Of a stretch of DNA of 64,000 nt, positions 1-14,418 are shown piece after piece. The stretch is from NCBI RefSeq assembly GCF_963921235.1, contig NC_086108.1, positions 50,594,001 through 50,658,000 on the forward strand. The letters are read 5' to 3'. Each line of letters begins with the position of its first letter. Positions within the stretch are counted from its first letter, which is position 1. Source of the stretch: Mobula hypostoma (taxonomy: Eukaryota). Both the position numbers and the translations under genes were made by a program. A model generated the notes under the pieces. The model did not search any database. It worked only from the letters and a program-made list of their open reading frames with translations, and was not told the DNA's origin.

Positions 1-566
1 AAATGAAATGCTTCTAAATATCAAAAAGAATAACTATAAAGAGCAGTAAGCAGTAAAAAACTAAATCAAATCAATATTTTGTGTTACCACACTTTGCCTT
101 TAGAACAACATCAATTCTCTTAGGTACACTGCTGTGCAGTTTTATAAGAAAATCAGCTGGTAAATTGTTCTAGGCATCTTGGAGAACTCAGCACCATCCG
201 CAGTACCACCGATGTGACAGAGAGGGCCTCAAGATGGCTGTGGCTCAAAAGAGGGGAGCCATGGAGTCATAAGTAGCTAGCCATCTGGACACAAGCTGGG
301 GTCTGATCAGCCCCGGCTGGGTCACCTGGAGGAGGTTGTATGATGTTGAAAGACCCGAAACACCCGATGATTCCAGGAACATCACTGAAGATGTGTCCTG
401 AAGCATCAATAGATGTATGTACACAGCAGAGTTTGGCTGTCTCGCTTCTGTCTCTCCAGATAATCCTAGACAACCTCAATGGTGTTGAGATCAGAGCTCT
501 GTGCAGGCTATACCATTTGAAACGATATAAAAATTCCAGGTTGCCTAAGACTATTGCACAGTACTG
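1..566 (-). mobile_element. Tc1-family DNA transposon remnant (runs off the left edge)
   Basis: Minus strand about 455-512 reads V*PAQSSDLNTIEVV*DYL, a decayed Tc1 WPxQSPDLNPIE..WD motif. Terminal repeat GCCTAAGACTATTGCACAGTACTG followed by TA at 567-568. Confidence 0.7.
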
Positions 567-1409
567 TAAATTGGGACCACAGGAATGCCTGGCCAACTTA
601 GATTCTTTTTCTCAGCTATTACCTTTTCTCTTTTTTGACTGTTCATGGAGGGTCAGGGAGAACTAGTGGGTGTGCACACAGGTATTCGTGTGCTTGTGAG
701 CTGAGATAATAAAAGTACTTGTCAGTAAATACAGATTCTCTCCATTCCTAACTGATCATTATTACTAAGGGGTCACCCTTGTAACAATTCTTATTAAATT
801 TTCAGCATCCATATATTACTTATTTAATTGCAACCGCACATTTATCTTTTGGAAAAAAGATCACGTGGTGTTCAAGAAAAAGCCATGAAAGTACTTCCCA
901 TCCTTTTAGTTTGTAGGTGAAATTTAATAAGGTTGTTTAATAAGGCCCTGACCTTGTTCTTTCATGAGAGTTGTTCTCAGGAAGATGTCCGTCAGCCTGT
1001 TTCAGAGATTGGTGTCACAGTCACCATAGCACCCAGATTACTATCTCTGATGATCTAATGAGAAATTCTGGCCTAATTTTTTTTACAGTAGGGTAATAAT
1101 TTAATATTTTCAGAGCCAATAATTGGCAAAGTTGCAGTGTATTTTTCTATATTTTGATTATGTAGCTAATATCAATCATAATTATCAATATTAGTTCATT
1201 ACTGATACATTTTAAAAAGAATCTCTCAGTATACCTAACCTTTGTAAGTAGTGCATCAATGGTGGAGTAGCACACACAAAATGCTGGAAGAACTCAGCAT
1301 GTCAGGCAGCATCTATGGAGGGAAATAGTCAATGTTTTGGGACAAGACACTTATTCACTTCTTCAGGATTCATCAGGCCTGATGAAGGGTCTCAGCCTGA
1401 AACGTCGAC

Positions 1410-4400
1410 ACAGAAAGAGGCCATTTGGCCCACCTAGTCCATACCAAACCACGTAAACTGGCTACTCCCATCAACCTGTACTGGAAACATAGTCTTCCAT
1501 ACACCTACCACCCACGTACCTATCCAAACTTCTCTTAAACCTTGAAATTGAGCTTGCATGCACCAGTTGCACTGGCAGTTTTTCCAACACTCTCACACGC
1601 CTCTGAGTGAATAAGTTTTCCTTTGTTTTCCCCGTAAACTTTCCACCCTTCAACCTTAACCCATGACCTCTAGTCCCACCCAACCTCAGCGGAAAAAGAG
1701 CTGTTTACATTTACCCTATCTATACCTGTCATAATTTTGTATACCTCTATCCTCCTCTCAATCTTCTACGTCACAGGGAATAAAGTCCTAACCTATTCGA
1801 TCTTTCCATATAACTCAGGTCCTCCACACCCAGCAACATCTTTGTAAATTTCCTCTGTACTCTTAAAACCTTATTTACAACTTTCCTGTGGGTAGGTGAC
1901 CAAAACTGTATGCAGTATTCCAAATTAGGTGTCACTAGTGTCTTATACAACTTCAACGTAACATCCTATCTCCCGTACTCAATACTTTGATTTATGAAGG
2001 CCAGTGTTCCAAAAGCTTTCTTTATAACATTCTATCTGTGACACCACTTTCAATGAATTAAGGACCTGTGTTCCCAGATCCCTTTGTTCTACCACACCCC
2101 TCAGAGCCCTACTGTGCACTGTGCAAGACCCACCCTGGTTAGTCCTACCAAAACGCAAAACCTTGCACTTGTCTGCATTAAATTCAACCTGTCATTTTTC
2201 AGCCCATTTTTCCAGCTGGTCCAGATCCCACTACAAGCCATGATAGTCTTTCTCACTGTCCACTACACCCCCAGTCTTGGTGTCATCCACAGATTTGCTG
2301 ATCCAGTTAACCACATTATCATCCAGATCATTGATATAGATGACAAACAACAATGGATCCAGTTCTGATCCCTGTGGCACTCCACTAGTCACGGGCCTCC
2401 AGTCAGAGAAGCAATCATCTACTACCACCCTCTGGCTTCTCCCACAAAGCCAATGTCTAATTTAATTTACTACCTCATCTTGAATGCCAAGCAACTGAAC
2501 CTTCTTGACCAACCTCCCATGTGGGACCCTGTCAAATGCCTTGCTAAAGTCCATCACCTTGCCTTCATTAACTTTCTTGGAAACTTCCTCAAAAAAAACT
2601 CTGCAATAATGGTTACATGTGACCTACCATACACGAAGCCATGCTGACTATCCTTGACCTGTCCATGCCTATCCAAATACTCACATATTTGGTCTCTCAG
2701 AATAACTTCCAATAGTTTTCCCACTACTGATGTCAGGCTCACCAGCCAATAATTTCCTGGTTTATGTATAGAGCCTTTTTTAAACAGTGGAACAACACTG
2801 GCTATCCTGCAATCCTGTGGTACCTCACTTGTCACTAAGTGTGATTTAAATATCTCTACTAGGGTTCCGGTAATTTCTGCGCTCCACTGCCCCCCCCCAC
2901 CCCGGCAGGGGCTGAGGGAAAAACCTTGTCAGGCCCTGAGGATTTATCCCCTCTAATTTGCCTCAAGACCGCAACACTCCTCCTCTATAATCCATATAAG
3001 GTCTATAAATTTGATGCTGTTTTGCCTAACTTCTGTAGACTCCGTGTCTGTCTCCTGCGTAAATACAGATGCAAAAAAATTCTGAAACCTCTGCTTTCTC
3101 GGTCTTCCCTGGAAATGACTCGTTAAGCCTGTGCTAGCAGCCTTCTGTCTCTGTGCTGAAAGACCCATGGTTCTTGGGCCACATAAGTCTAGGGAATATA
3201 CACTCCGGTTCTGCCAAATCCTTGAGATTGGAATGTCTCACCCACTCAAACCCCAGTTTGTGTGATGTGGTGTGATTTGCTACACTGTTACAACTCAAGG
3301 CCAGGAAATAACAGACAGCACACTGCATACGATTAAAGGAAGTATATTTAGGAATATTAACTTAATTAAATGGTTAGTAAAGAAAGGAAAGAAAAAAAAA
3401 CAAAAAGGGCCCATTATAATTAAACAGTCAAATGTGCACAGGTTGGAGCTCAGTTCTTCCAAAAGACATATTCACCCATCCTCAGTAGACTCCTGCAACT
3501 TGCTCCCTCAAATCCTATGACTGGTTCTCTCCAGCTTCTTCTCTCTTCATCTTCCGCCGAACGAAGACATAAGCTCACGCTGGTGTCAGGCACAAAAAAA
3601 CCCGCTCCCTGGCTCACATTCTGAAGCACCCTTTATCTCTATTCATAACCCAAACACTGCTTCTACAGAACTACAGAAAGACCATTACATGTAATACCCT
3701 ACAATGTTAGCAGTGAAACATTTACCAGATGTTAGAATCCATTTAAGATCTCCCCATCTCTTTTACCTCCACACATTTTCATCCTCTGCTGTCCTTTTGC
3801 TCTATCAGTAGAATCCCTTAGGAATCTCCTTCACCTTGTCTGCTAAGGCAACCTCATGCCTTCTTTTAGCCTTCCTGATTTCTTACTCCTGTGTTCTCTT
3901 GCATTTCTTTTACTCCATGAGCACCTCATTTGTCCTATCTGCCTTTGCCTGCAATGCACCTCTATTTTTTTCTGGACCAGGGCCTGAATATCTCTTGAAA
4001 ACCAAGTTTCCCTAAACCTGTTATCTTTACCTTTTATTATTACAGGCACATACAAGCTTTGTACTCTCAAAATTTCACCTTTGAAGCCCCCCACTTACCA
4101 AGTACACCTTTGCCAGATAACAGCCTGTCCCAATCCACACTTGCCAGATCCTTTCTGATACCATCAAATTTGGCCTTTCTCCAATTTAGACTAGATCTAT
4201 CTTTTTTGCATATTTACTTTGAAACTTATGGCATTGTGATCACTACATGCAAAGTGTTCCCCTACACAAATTTCTGTCAGCTGACTTGTCTCATGCAGAT
4301 CAAGTATCGTGCACTCTTTCGTTGGGACTTCAATGTACTGATTAAGGAGATCATAACCCTGGAGGTCCCATCCTTTAACTTAGCACCAAACTCCTTTGAA

Positions 4401-4986
4401 CTCACTTTGCAACCTCTAGATGTACACCCTTCCACTTGAGAATACTGAAGACTTGATCTGAGATGTTCCATATCCTGGCACCCGGGAGGCAACTTACCAT
4501 CCAGGAATTTCATTGTCATCCACAAACCTCCTTTCTGTTCCCTAACTAATGAATCCCCTATCAACACGGCTTACCTCTTCTTTCCCCTTCCCTTCCCTTC
4601 TGAGTCACAGAGCCAGACTCAGTGCCAGAAATCTGACCACAGTGACTTTCCTCTGCTAGGTCATTCCCCCCACCCCCCAGCAGTATCCAAGTCGTCTACC
4701 TGTTGTTGAGTGGATGGCCATAGGGGTGCTCTGCACTAACTGTTTAACCCCTTTCCCATTCCTGACTGTCACCTAATTTCTTGTGTCCTGCACCTTGGGT
4801 GTAACTACCTCTCTCTATTTGTCCTATCTATCACCCCCTCTGGCTCCCGCGTGACCCAGAGTTCATCCAGTTCCCGCTCCAACTCCTTAACACGGAGTGT
4901 TTGAAGCTGTATCTGGATGTACTTTTCGCAGGTGTAGTTGTCAGGGACACTGGAGGTCTCCCTGCCTTCACGCATTGCGCAAGAGG
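1410..4986 (-). mobile_element. Old degenerate CR1 LINE (ORF2 RT and endonuclease fragments, ORF1 zinc-finger and esterase remnants), host to nested insertions; its 5' end continues beyond 7158
   Basis: ORF fragments LEYCIQFWSP, SGVPQGS..LFVIYINDL, SQHGF, IGDSLVR (SGNH esterase) and CSSC...VKELERELDEL (ORF1 zinc finger/leucine zipper). Confidence 0.88.
3083..3736. mobile_element. Degenerate solo LTR inserted in the CR1
   Basis: Interrupts the CR1 between GCAAAAAAATTC and ATCCATTTAAG. Termini TGAAAC...GTTAGA look like a decayed TGTAAC...GTTACA. 4-bp TSD ATTC/ATCC. Confidence 0.6.
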
Positions 4987-7158
4987 AACATAGAAACATA
5001 GAAAATAGGTGCAGGAGTAGGCCATTCGGCCCTTCGAGCCTGCACTGCCATTTATTATGATCATGGCTGATCATCCAACTCAGAACCCCGCCCCAGCCTT
5101 CCCTCCATACCCCCTGATCCCCGTAGCCACAAGGGCCATATCTAACTCCCTCTTAAATATAGCCAATGAACTGGCCTCAACTGTTTCCTGTGGCAGAGAA
5201 TTCCACAGATTCACCACTCTCTGTGTGAAGAAGTTTTTCCTAATCTCGGTCCTAAAAGGCTTCCCCTTTATCCTCAAACTGTGACCCCTTGTTCTGGACT
5301 TCCCCAACATCAGGAGCAATCTTCCTGCATCTAGCCTGTCCAATCCCTTTAGGATTTTATACGTTTCAATAAGATCCCCCCTCAATCTTCTAAATTCCAA
5401 CGAGTACAAGCCCAGTTCATCCAGTCTTTCTTCATATGAAAGTCCTGCCATCCCAGGAATCAATCTGGTGAACCTTCTTTGTACTCCCTCTATGGCAAGG
5501 ATGTCTTTCCTCAGATTAGGGGACCAAAACTGCACACAATACTCCAGGTGTGGTCTCACCAAGGCCTTGTACAACTGCAGTAGTACCTCCCTGCTCCTGT
5601 AGTCGAATCCTCTCGCTATAAATGCCAGCATACCATTCGCCTTTTTCACCACCTGCTGTACCTGCATGCCCACTTTCAATGACTGGTGTATAATGACACC
5701 CAGGTCTCGTTGCACCTCCCCTTTTCCTAATCGGCCACCATTCAGATAATAATCTGTTTTCCTATTTTTGCCACCAAAGTGGATAACTTCACATTTATCC
5801 ACATTAAATTGCATCTGCCATGAATTTGCCCACTCACCCAACCTATCCAAGTCACTCTGCATCCTCTTAGCATCCTCCTCACTGCTAACACTGCCACCCA
5901 GCTTCGTGTCATCCGCAAACTTGGAGATGCTGCATTTAATTCCCTCATCCAAGTCATTAATATATATTGTAAACAACTGGGGTCCCAGCACTGAGCCTTG
6001 CGGTACCCCACTAGTCACCGCCTGCCATTCTGAAAAGGTCCCGTTATTTCCCACTCTTTGCTTCCTGTCTGCTAACCAATTCTCCATCCACATCAATACC
6101 TTACCCCCAATACCGTGTGCTTTAAGTTTGCACACTAATCTCCTGTGTGGGACCTTGTCAAAAGCCTTTTGAAAATCCAAATATACCACATCCACTGGTT
6201 CTCCCCTATCCACTCTACTAGTTACATCCTCAAAAAATTCTATGAGATTCGTCAGACATGATTTTCCTTTCACAAATCCATGCTGACTTTGTCCGATCAT
6301 TTCACCGCTTTCCAAATGTGCTGTTGTCACATCTTTGATAACTGACTCCAGCAGTTTCCCCACCACCAACGTTAGGCTAACTGGTCTATAATTCCCTGTT
6401 TCTCTCTCCCTCCTTTTTTAAAAAGTGGGGTTACATTAGCCACCCTCCAATCCTCAGGAACTAGTCCAGAATCTAACGAGTTTTGAAAAATTATCACTAA
6501 TGCATCCACTATTTCTTGGGCTACTTCCTTAAGCACTCTAGGATGCAGACCATCTGGCCCTGGGGATTTATCTGCCGTCAATCCCTTCAATTTACCTAAC
6601 ACCACTTCCCTACTAACATGTATTTCGCTCAGTTCCTCCATCTCACTGGACCCTCTGTCCCCTACTATTTCTGGAAGATTATTTATGTCCTCCTTAGTGA
6701 AGACAGAACCAAAGTAATTATTCAATTGGTCTGCCATGTCCTTGCTCTCCATAATCAATTCACCTGTTTCTGTCTGTAGGGGACCTACATTTGCCTTTAC
6801 CAGTCTTTTCCTTTTTACATATCTATAAAAGCTTTTACAGTCAGTTTTTATGTTCCCTGCCAGTTTTCTCTCATAATCCTTTTTCCCCTTCCTAATTAAG
6901 CCCTTTGTCCTCCTCTGCTGAACTCTGAATTTCTCCTAGTCCTCAGGTGAGCCACTTTCTCTGGCTAATTTGTATGCTTCTTCTTTGGAATTGATACTAT
7001 CCCTAATTTCTCTTGTCAGCCACGGCTGCACTACCTTCCTTGATTTATTCTTTTGCCCAACTGGGATGAACAATTGTTGTAGTTCATCCATGCAACCTTT
7101 AAATGCTTGCCATTGCATATCCACCGTCAATCCTTTAAGTGTCATTTGCCAGTCTATC
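4987..7158 (-). mobile_element. Young 5'-truncated CR1 LINE, copy A
   Basis: RT ORF 5080-6369 (QGSVLGP, FADD), (TTTCTATG)n tail, a 1-nt frameshift near 6397 and a TGG>TAG stop at 6936. Nearly identical to copies B and C. Confidence 0.96.
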
Positions 7159-8069
7159 CACTATCTACATCCTGCCTGGCATCTCTACTCTTCTAACTGT
7201 GCAAATATAAAGAAGGAAAAACATTAAACTGTGGGGAGAAAAAATATTTCTTATCTACAGTTATTTTTGCCTTCTCTCACTGAAGCCTCAAAACCCCACT
7301 CTAACCCTGCCTACTCCAACAATGCCCACTCCCCTTGTCCCTGTCTCAATTTAAATTTGTTCTTGCCAATTAATCCCAAACCGACTGGCTGCTGCTCGAA
7401 ATGCCAAACTTGTCAGAAAGACGAGGGGCAAGTGCTGATAATGTGGCAATCAGGACTGGAACGGTGAATTACTTCAAATTGGAGTTACTGTTAGTTTGAG
7501 GCAGTATTGAGTAAAGAATGGAAGATGCATTGCCGTTTCTTTTGTCAATGTTGAGTCTTGTTGGAGCACCGCTGGAGGCTAAAGGCAGAGATCAGAGTGG
7601 GAGTGGGTTGTAAAATTAAAGTTACAGACAAATGGAAGATTAGAGTTGTGTGGAGTCTACTTCGGGAGTATTTTATCCTCCTGTCAGCAATCTGTGGGAC
7701 AGGCCTTCCACTATCTTCTCTGGTATTTATTTCATCTCCTCCCTTCAGGCACACCTTTTCCACCCTCTTTCAGTGAGCCCCACCCCATGTATTACTCACT
7801 ATCCCTTAGTCTCCACCCTATCACAGACCTTCCCTTTGTCTCTCCCTCCTTTCTCTGCAAGGCATTACACTTCCCGTTTGACCCTGTTCATTGAAAGGTC
7901 ACCAACCTTACATATTCACTGTTTACCTAACCAGCAGGCCCTGGCCTCCTGGGTAACGCCACTTTTCTCATTTGTTTCATTTTTGAAACCTTAACCTGTT
8001 CATAGCTTTTTAAATTAATTATTAAAAATAATTCATTACCTATCAGTATGTCCTAAGTTTTAAAAAACC

Positions 8070-8990
8070 TTACTTCTGTGGTCACCTGCTTACAGGAAAG
8101 ACATCAGTAAGCTTGAAAGAGTGCAGTGAAAATGCGGGTCCTAATGCAAGGTTCGGACAATTTAAATGTTGGCTCAGACAGTGTCACAATTTAAATGTCG
8201 ACTGTGACACTGCCCCTGGCTGCTGTGCTTTGTGTCTGCGAACTTTGCAGCAATTTTCCCTGCTAATATGATGAACTGAATATCCAGGCTTTGGGCCTAC
8301 TCCAGGCGGCCATGGGGATTTGGATACAAGGACTCAGTTTGGTTTGGAATGCTGCTGTGGTTGCTCGTTTCTATTGTTTGCACATTTTGTTTTGTTTCTC
8401 TTTCTCTGTGGGCACCTGCGGTCAGTCTTATTTTTACTTTTTTAATTTTTTAAAATTGGGTTCTTTAGGGTTCCTTGCTTTTCAACTGCCTGTAAGCAAA
8501 CAAATCTAAAAGTTGTCCATTCTTTGATAATAAATGCATTTTGAATCTTTGAAAATCTACAAGGATGTTGACAGGACTCGAGTACCTGAGTTACAGGGAA
8601 ATGATGGATCAATTAGGGTTTTATTCACTGGAGCGCAGGAGAATCCGGGGAGATCTTACAGAGATGTACAAGTTTATTATGGGCAAGATAGGGTGAATGC
8701 ATGCAGGCTTTCCCCCTTAGGTTGAGTGAGACTAGAACTAGAACTCTTAGGTTTAGGGTGAAGGGTGGAAAGCTTAAGCAGAATCTGAAGGGAAACTCCC
8801 TCACTCAGAGGGTGGAGCAAATGTAGAATGAGCTGCCAGCAAAAGCAATAGATGCGGGTTCAACTGTAACATTTAAAAGAACTTTCAATGGTATGTGGAA
8901 GGGAGGGGTTTGGAGTGATGCAGGTGGATAGGACTAGTTTCTTATGGATTAGATGGGCTGAAGGGCCTACCTACTCTATGACTCTGTAAT
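8070..8990 (+). mobile_element. Old CR1 3' fragment interrupted by a non-autonomous insertion (8134-8549)
   Basis: CR1 3' motifs on both sides. The insert ends in AATAAA...TTTGAATCTTTGAA and is flanked by the 7-bp TSD TGAAAAT (8127-8133 and 8550-8556). Confidence 0.65.
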
Positions 8991-11024
8991 GGTTACTGAG
9001 AATCTTGTACCAAGTTATGGGATGTGAAGTGGTTGGTAGATGAATCTTGACTTGGACTGACATGTCTGAGAATGAGAAAAGTATTTGACTAGGGTACTGA
9101 CATCACCAGTAAGCTTTCTGGGCTTTGAAAACCTCTTCCAAAAATCAATGCAATATAACCACAAGATGGCAGTATTTCTTTCAAATCCTCAGTGAAGCAG
9201 TCTGCAGTTTTGGAACATTCAAGATTCAAAATGATCACAAGTACATCCTGTATGGGTAAAGTGATTTATTAAAATACTTGCTTCTTGTTGTTTCTTAAAC
9301 CAGTCTAGAAATTTTGCCCTTTCAGCTGTTCCTAGTGTGTTTGATTATGGAAAGGGTGCCATTGAACTGGAGGACAACACATAGTGGTTTAGGTCAGTCA
9401 GTTCCGATATATTTTCACTCATAATGATGTTGTTTAAAACATATCAACATGTACTTACAGTATATCTCAAATCATTTCTATAAATTAACCTTTTAAAAAT
9501 AAACCTTAATCTTGTTGGACATCAGATGCAAATTTTAGCATGCATTATTAGCTTATGAGGCGAAGGGTGGGGTCTGCTGTTTACATCTGACTTATTGTAA
9601 ACTCCTATCTCTATAGAAAACCAAAATATTGGTTATGTTCCTGAAATCAATGATAATACACAGTGGATTGGCCTTATTAAATGAAAACTGAAGCTCCTAC
9701 CCCTTGTTTATCCACTTGATTTTGATTAAAATAGATGTGAATGAACGGAAGTGAGAATTTAAAATTTCATTTGGTTCTGTGGGTTCCACATATATTTTAG
9801 AAATTGATGTCTAGATAATTAACAAAATTTGATGAAAGCTATGCATTCCGTATTCAAAGATGTTTGTCTAGAATGAGTGACGATTGGTAGATGATGTGAT
9901 GCAGAGATAGAAAAGATATTTAGTAATACTTGTGCCAAGTCTAACATTGTTTACACATTTATGAGAATATACAGATGATAAATTAACTCAGGAAACCAAA
10001 AAGTTATTTGGAATAAAGTTGTAGCATTCTTGAGAAGTTAGAAAATTTTATAAAAGAGATTCAAAAAACTGATTGGCCCCCTGTCTATTGAAATTTGATT
10101 TACACTTCCAGTTTATTAAGGACATTGAAATTCTCCAGAACTGCGTCATAGGTGGTTTTCTTCAGAATCAGGTTTATTATCATTGACAGTTCTGAAATCT
10201 GTTGGTTTTGTGGCAGCAGTTCAGTGCAAAAACAAAAAAATTTATAAAATACAAAAACATAATGTAATGTAAAATTAAGAAATAATATGGAACAAGTAAG
10301 TGAAATGTACCACAGTGCAGCACTGATTAACTTTTATTCAATTTCATTGGAAGCGACACAAGATGGCAACTTTTTGATCTTAAAGTACTCCATCTTGAGG
10401 TCCATATTTTCTCTTTACAAAGACTTGATTTTGGTTTGTTCTAGGTTTTTATAATTGACAGGGTTGCCTATTTTGCTATATACACATACGCACAGTATCT
10501 CTCCCTCTGACACACACTCACTCATGCACCAAGTTCAAGAGAAAGAAAAATGGGGCTATAAAATTGGCCTTTCTCCTCAGCAGGCTGCCATCTTCAAACA
10601 CGTGCGTAATAACTATTTTCTATCTAAATAGCTGTCCTCTTCGTGGAGCAGTGAACCATTTTGTCTGCGAACTTTTACCACCGCAGATATGTTGGTAGTT
10701 CCTTTACCCAGAGGCAAGCAAGAAAACGAAATGTTGCAAGGAGCCAAGTCAATTAACTGGTGTATTTCTGGGGTGCTTAAGGAATTGAAGTGAAAGGAGC
10801 GGTGGAAGAAGTTGGTGTGATCACATGATGCGTGGCACAGAGCAGCTAGATCAGAACGCCAGCATAGAATATTCATAGCGGTGGTCCATTTGTGCTCTGT
10901 AAGCTCTGTGTAACATTGTTCAATAAAACAGGCTCTTTAGTGTATATTGGTGGTCCTGTGCTGCGTGTGAAGCAATGGATGTTGAACTGTACACACAGGA
11001 GTTGGATGTTTAATCCACAGCAGG

Positions 11025-13400
11025 AACACAGAACATAGAGCAGTGTAGTTCAGGAACAGGCCGTTCGGCCTACAGTGTTGTGCCTAGACAGCTAAAAAGC
11101 AAATCAAAAACACTCAAACACTAATCCCTCCTACCTACATATGTCCGTATCCCTCCATCTTCTTTACATCCACGTGCCTAGCGAAACATCTCTGAAAAAC
11201 CTCCAATGTATTTGCCTCTACTACCATACCAGGCAGAGCATTCCAGGCATCTAACACTCTCGGAGAACAAAACTTACACTTCACATCCCCCTTGAACCTA
11301 TCCCTTCTCGCCTTCAATACATACCCTCTGGTATTAGACATTCTGGGAAACAAGTGCTCTCTGTCCACTCTATCTCTGCCTCTCATAATCTTGTAAACCT
11401 CCATCAGATCTCTCCTCAGCCTCCAATGTTCCAGAGTAAAGAACCCAAGTTTATCCAGCCACTCATGATAGCACATGCCCCCCTAAACCAGGCTTCTGGA
11501 CCCTCTCCAAAGTCTCATCATCCTTCCTATAGTGGGGTAACCAGAACTGTGCACAATACTCCAAATGAAGCCTAACCAGAGTTTTATAAAGTTCACTAGT
11601 TCCATTCAGTATCAGAGAAATGTATACAATATACTCTGAAATTCTTTTTCTTCACAGACGTCCACAAAAACAGAAGAATGCCCCAAAGAATGGCTGAGAG
11701 TTAAAACGTTAGAACCCCAAAAGACCCCTACTCCCCCCCACACACAAGCAACATCAAATAAAAATCCTCTTCCACTCCACCCACCCCGAAAAAGCCCCCA
11801 CCAAGCAAGCAATAACAAAACCCCCAGTAAAGACCATGATCTGCAGTACAACAAAAACTATTCGTTCACCCAACAATTCAACGTACTACAGGCACTCTCT
11901 CTCCTTAATAAAAGGGAAAAATGGCCGCCTTTCACAGCGAGAGGGGAGACATAACAAAACAACGGTGTTCAAAGTCTGTCACAGTGCTTCTTCTTCTGAG
12001 TCCTGTCATCCGTGAATCGGCAACAATCTCACGCCCATGAATGAGAGAGTGAGAGAAAGAAGAGTACAACTCACTGAGTACGCAGCCACTGACAGCTGAT
12101 CTGCTGTTCCAGATGTTTTGTTGTCTCCCGTGACATCTCATTCGGTGGTACCAGATTAAAATCATCCCATCCACACGGCTGCGAAACCTCAGGTGCCTGA
12201 AGGTACGCTTGTCTTCTAGGCTATTTCTTCGGGATATCGAAAAGCGGCCAGCCGTGAGCCCACAGGAACGGGTCCCACCACTGCAAAGAACCGAGGTCTG
12301 AGTGTATCTCCAGGTCAGGGTCTTCAACAGAACCCCATCCACCCTGAAGGGGAAAAGGAGAGACATCAAAGGTTGTCATAGATGAACATGAAGGAGTTGC
12401 AATTTAGCACCATCAGGAGGTTAACATAACCTGACTTTTGAACTCAGTGCCTCAACTAATAAAAGCAAGCATTCCATAAGCCTTCTTAACCACCTTATCG
12501 ACCTGTGTAGCCACTTTCAAGGAGCCATGAACTGGGATCCCAAGGCCTTTCTCTCAGCAACACTGTTACGGATCTCCTTGCATTTGCCCTACTAAGGTAC
12601 AACTCCTCACATTTATCTGGGTTAAATTCCGTCTGCCATTTCTCAGTCCATATCTGCAAATGATCTATAGCATGTTGTAATCTTTGCCAGTCTTCCACAC
12701 TATCCACAACTCCACAAATTTACTAAACTATCCATCTGCATTTTCATCCAGGTTATTTATATACATCACAAAAAGCAGAGGTCCCAGCACAGATCCCTGC
12801 GGAACACCACCAATTACAGACCTCCAGCTTGAATAAGTCCCTTCAACCACTACCTTATGTCTTCTTTGGACAAGCCAGTTCTGAATCCCAACAGCCATTT
12901 TACTGCAGACCCCATGCACCTTAATCTTATGGATTAGCCTCCCATGAGGGACTTTGTCAAAAGCCTTACTAAAATCCATGTAGACAACATCCACTGCCCT
13001 ACCTTCATCAATCTCTCTCATCACCTTGTCAAATCAAGTTGCTAAGGTATGACCTGCCAAACACAAAACCATGTTGTCTCCCCCTAAGTCCTATCCCTAA
13101 GAATTTTCTCCATCAATTTCCCTACAACTGACATGAAACTTGCCGGTCTATAGTTCGCAGGATTTTCCCTTGTTCCTTTCTTAAATAGAGTTGCAACGTT
13201 AGCCACTCGCCAGTCCTTGGGACCTCACCTATGGCTAGAGAGGGCATGAAGATACTAGTCAAGAGCCCAGCAATCTTATCCATCTTACTACTCATTAGGG
13301 GACCCAACACTTATCCCCTTTGACCTCTATGTGCCCTAATGTTTTTATACACTCAGTACTGATCTCCTGGTCCTCTATATCCTTTTCCTTGGTAAACACT
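11025..13400 (-). mobile_element. Degenerate CR1 LINE with a nested SINE-like element at about 11600-12420
   Basis: RT fragments YMDFSKAFDKVPH, GVPQGSVLGP and WNALP. The insert has a LINE-type 3' tail and is non-coding. Confidence 0.85.
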
Positions 13401-13439
13401 GAAGTTGTAGAATGTGATATGCCTATGTAATCAGTGTGT

Positions 13440-13830
13440 GTAACAGTAGGAGTTACACACACTAACTGCTGAAGGAACTTATTAAGTCAGACAGCAGCTA
13501 CTGGGGGGAATAAACAGTCAACGTTTTGGATTGAGATCCTTCATCAAGACTGGAAAGAAAAGGGGAAGAAGCCAGAATAAGGAAGTGGGAAGCATAGAAA
13601 AAGTACAAATTGTCAGGTGAGGGGGAAGGTGGGGCCGGGGAATGAAACTAGAAAGGTGGAAGAGATTACGGAGTGAAGAAGGAGGAATCTGATAGGAGAG
13701 GACAGTGGACTATGGAAGCAAGGGAAGGTGGAGGGGAACCAGAGGGGGGTGATGTCAAATGAGGAGAAGCAGTAAGAGAGTAAACAGAATGAGCAATGGA
13801 AAAAGAGGAGAAAAGGGGAAAAATTTCTTA
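13440..13830 (-). mobile_element. Penelope-like 3' remnant with decayed hammerhead motif
   Basis: Similar to 32340-32740; ACAGTCAACGTTTT...CTTCATCAAGACTGG. Confidence 0.6.
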
Positions 13831-14418
13831 ACTAATCAATGTCACACCTGGATTCATCTGGAAGTTGAAGTTAGCCACATTTCCCTTACACCACAAGCCT
13901 TGTTGTGCAGATGCACGTAGTCACCTCCCTCCTCTTTAATTTCCACTGACAAGTGACATATCTAGTGGTTTCTGTGAAGATTTTCCAGAACAGTTAATAT
14001 CAATACAATCTTCAGCCAAAGTAACTATATCAGTTTCTTGTCCCATAACGTAAAGTGGTGGTTTTATTTTAGTCAAAATTTTAGGGTTTTTTTTTGTTTG
14101 AACAGCAGTCATTCGAGTTGGGTTTGGACGCTGAGTATTTCCCATGGCACATGCCACCCATTGACTCAGACACGCCCTAATGTTGGCTGGTTCCTCCCAG
14201 GCAAGGCAGGTAGCTTTTTTGCTTTCTCAATAAAGTGTTTGTGCAATACCAAACCATGACAGTTGTACCTGTCCCTGGTGTTACAAAAGGATGAGCTTGG
14301 CCCCATTGTTCCAGTCAGCTTGCCATTTCTGCCCTGTCCATCCTTTGGGGAAATGTTCTTCCAGAGAAAAACAATCATCTCAGATTACAAGTTCATTGGG
14401 CGGTGTTCAGTGCGGAAT

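Noticed and set aside
5742..6172. Recurrent alternative-frame and antisense ORFs (MGYRKAQC..., MPPKWITSH...) present three times
   Set aside because: They recur only because the three CR1 copies are nearly identical; there is no independent evidence of coding function.
5080..6369. RT ORFs as a retron, diversity-generating retroelement or other novel RT system
   Set aside because: Sequence motifs, the APE endonuclease, the esterase ORF1 and the microsatellite tails identify ordinary CR1 LINEs.
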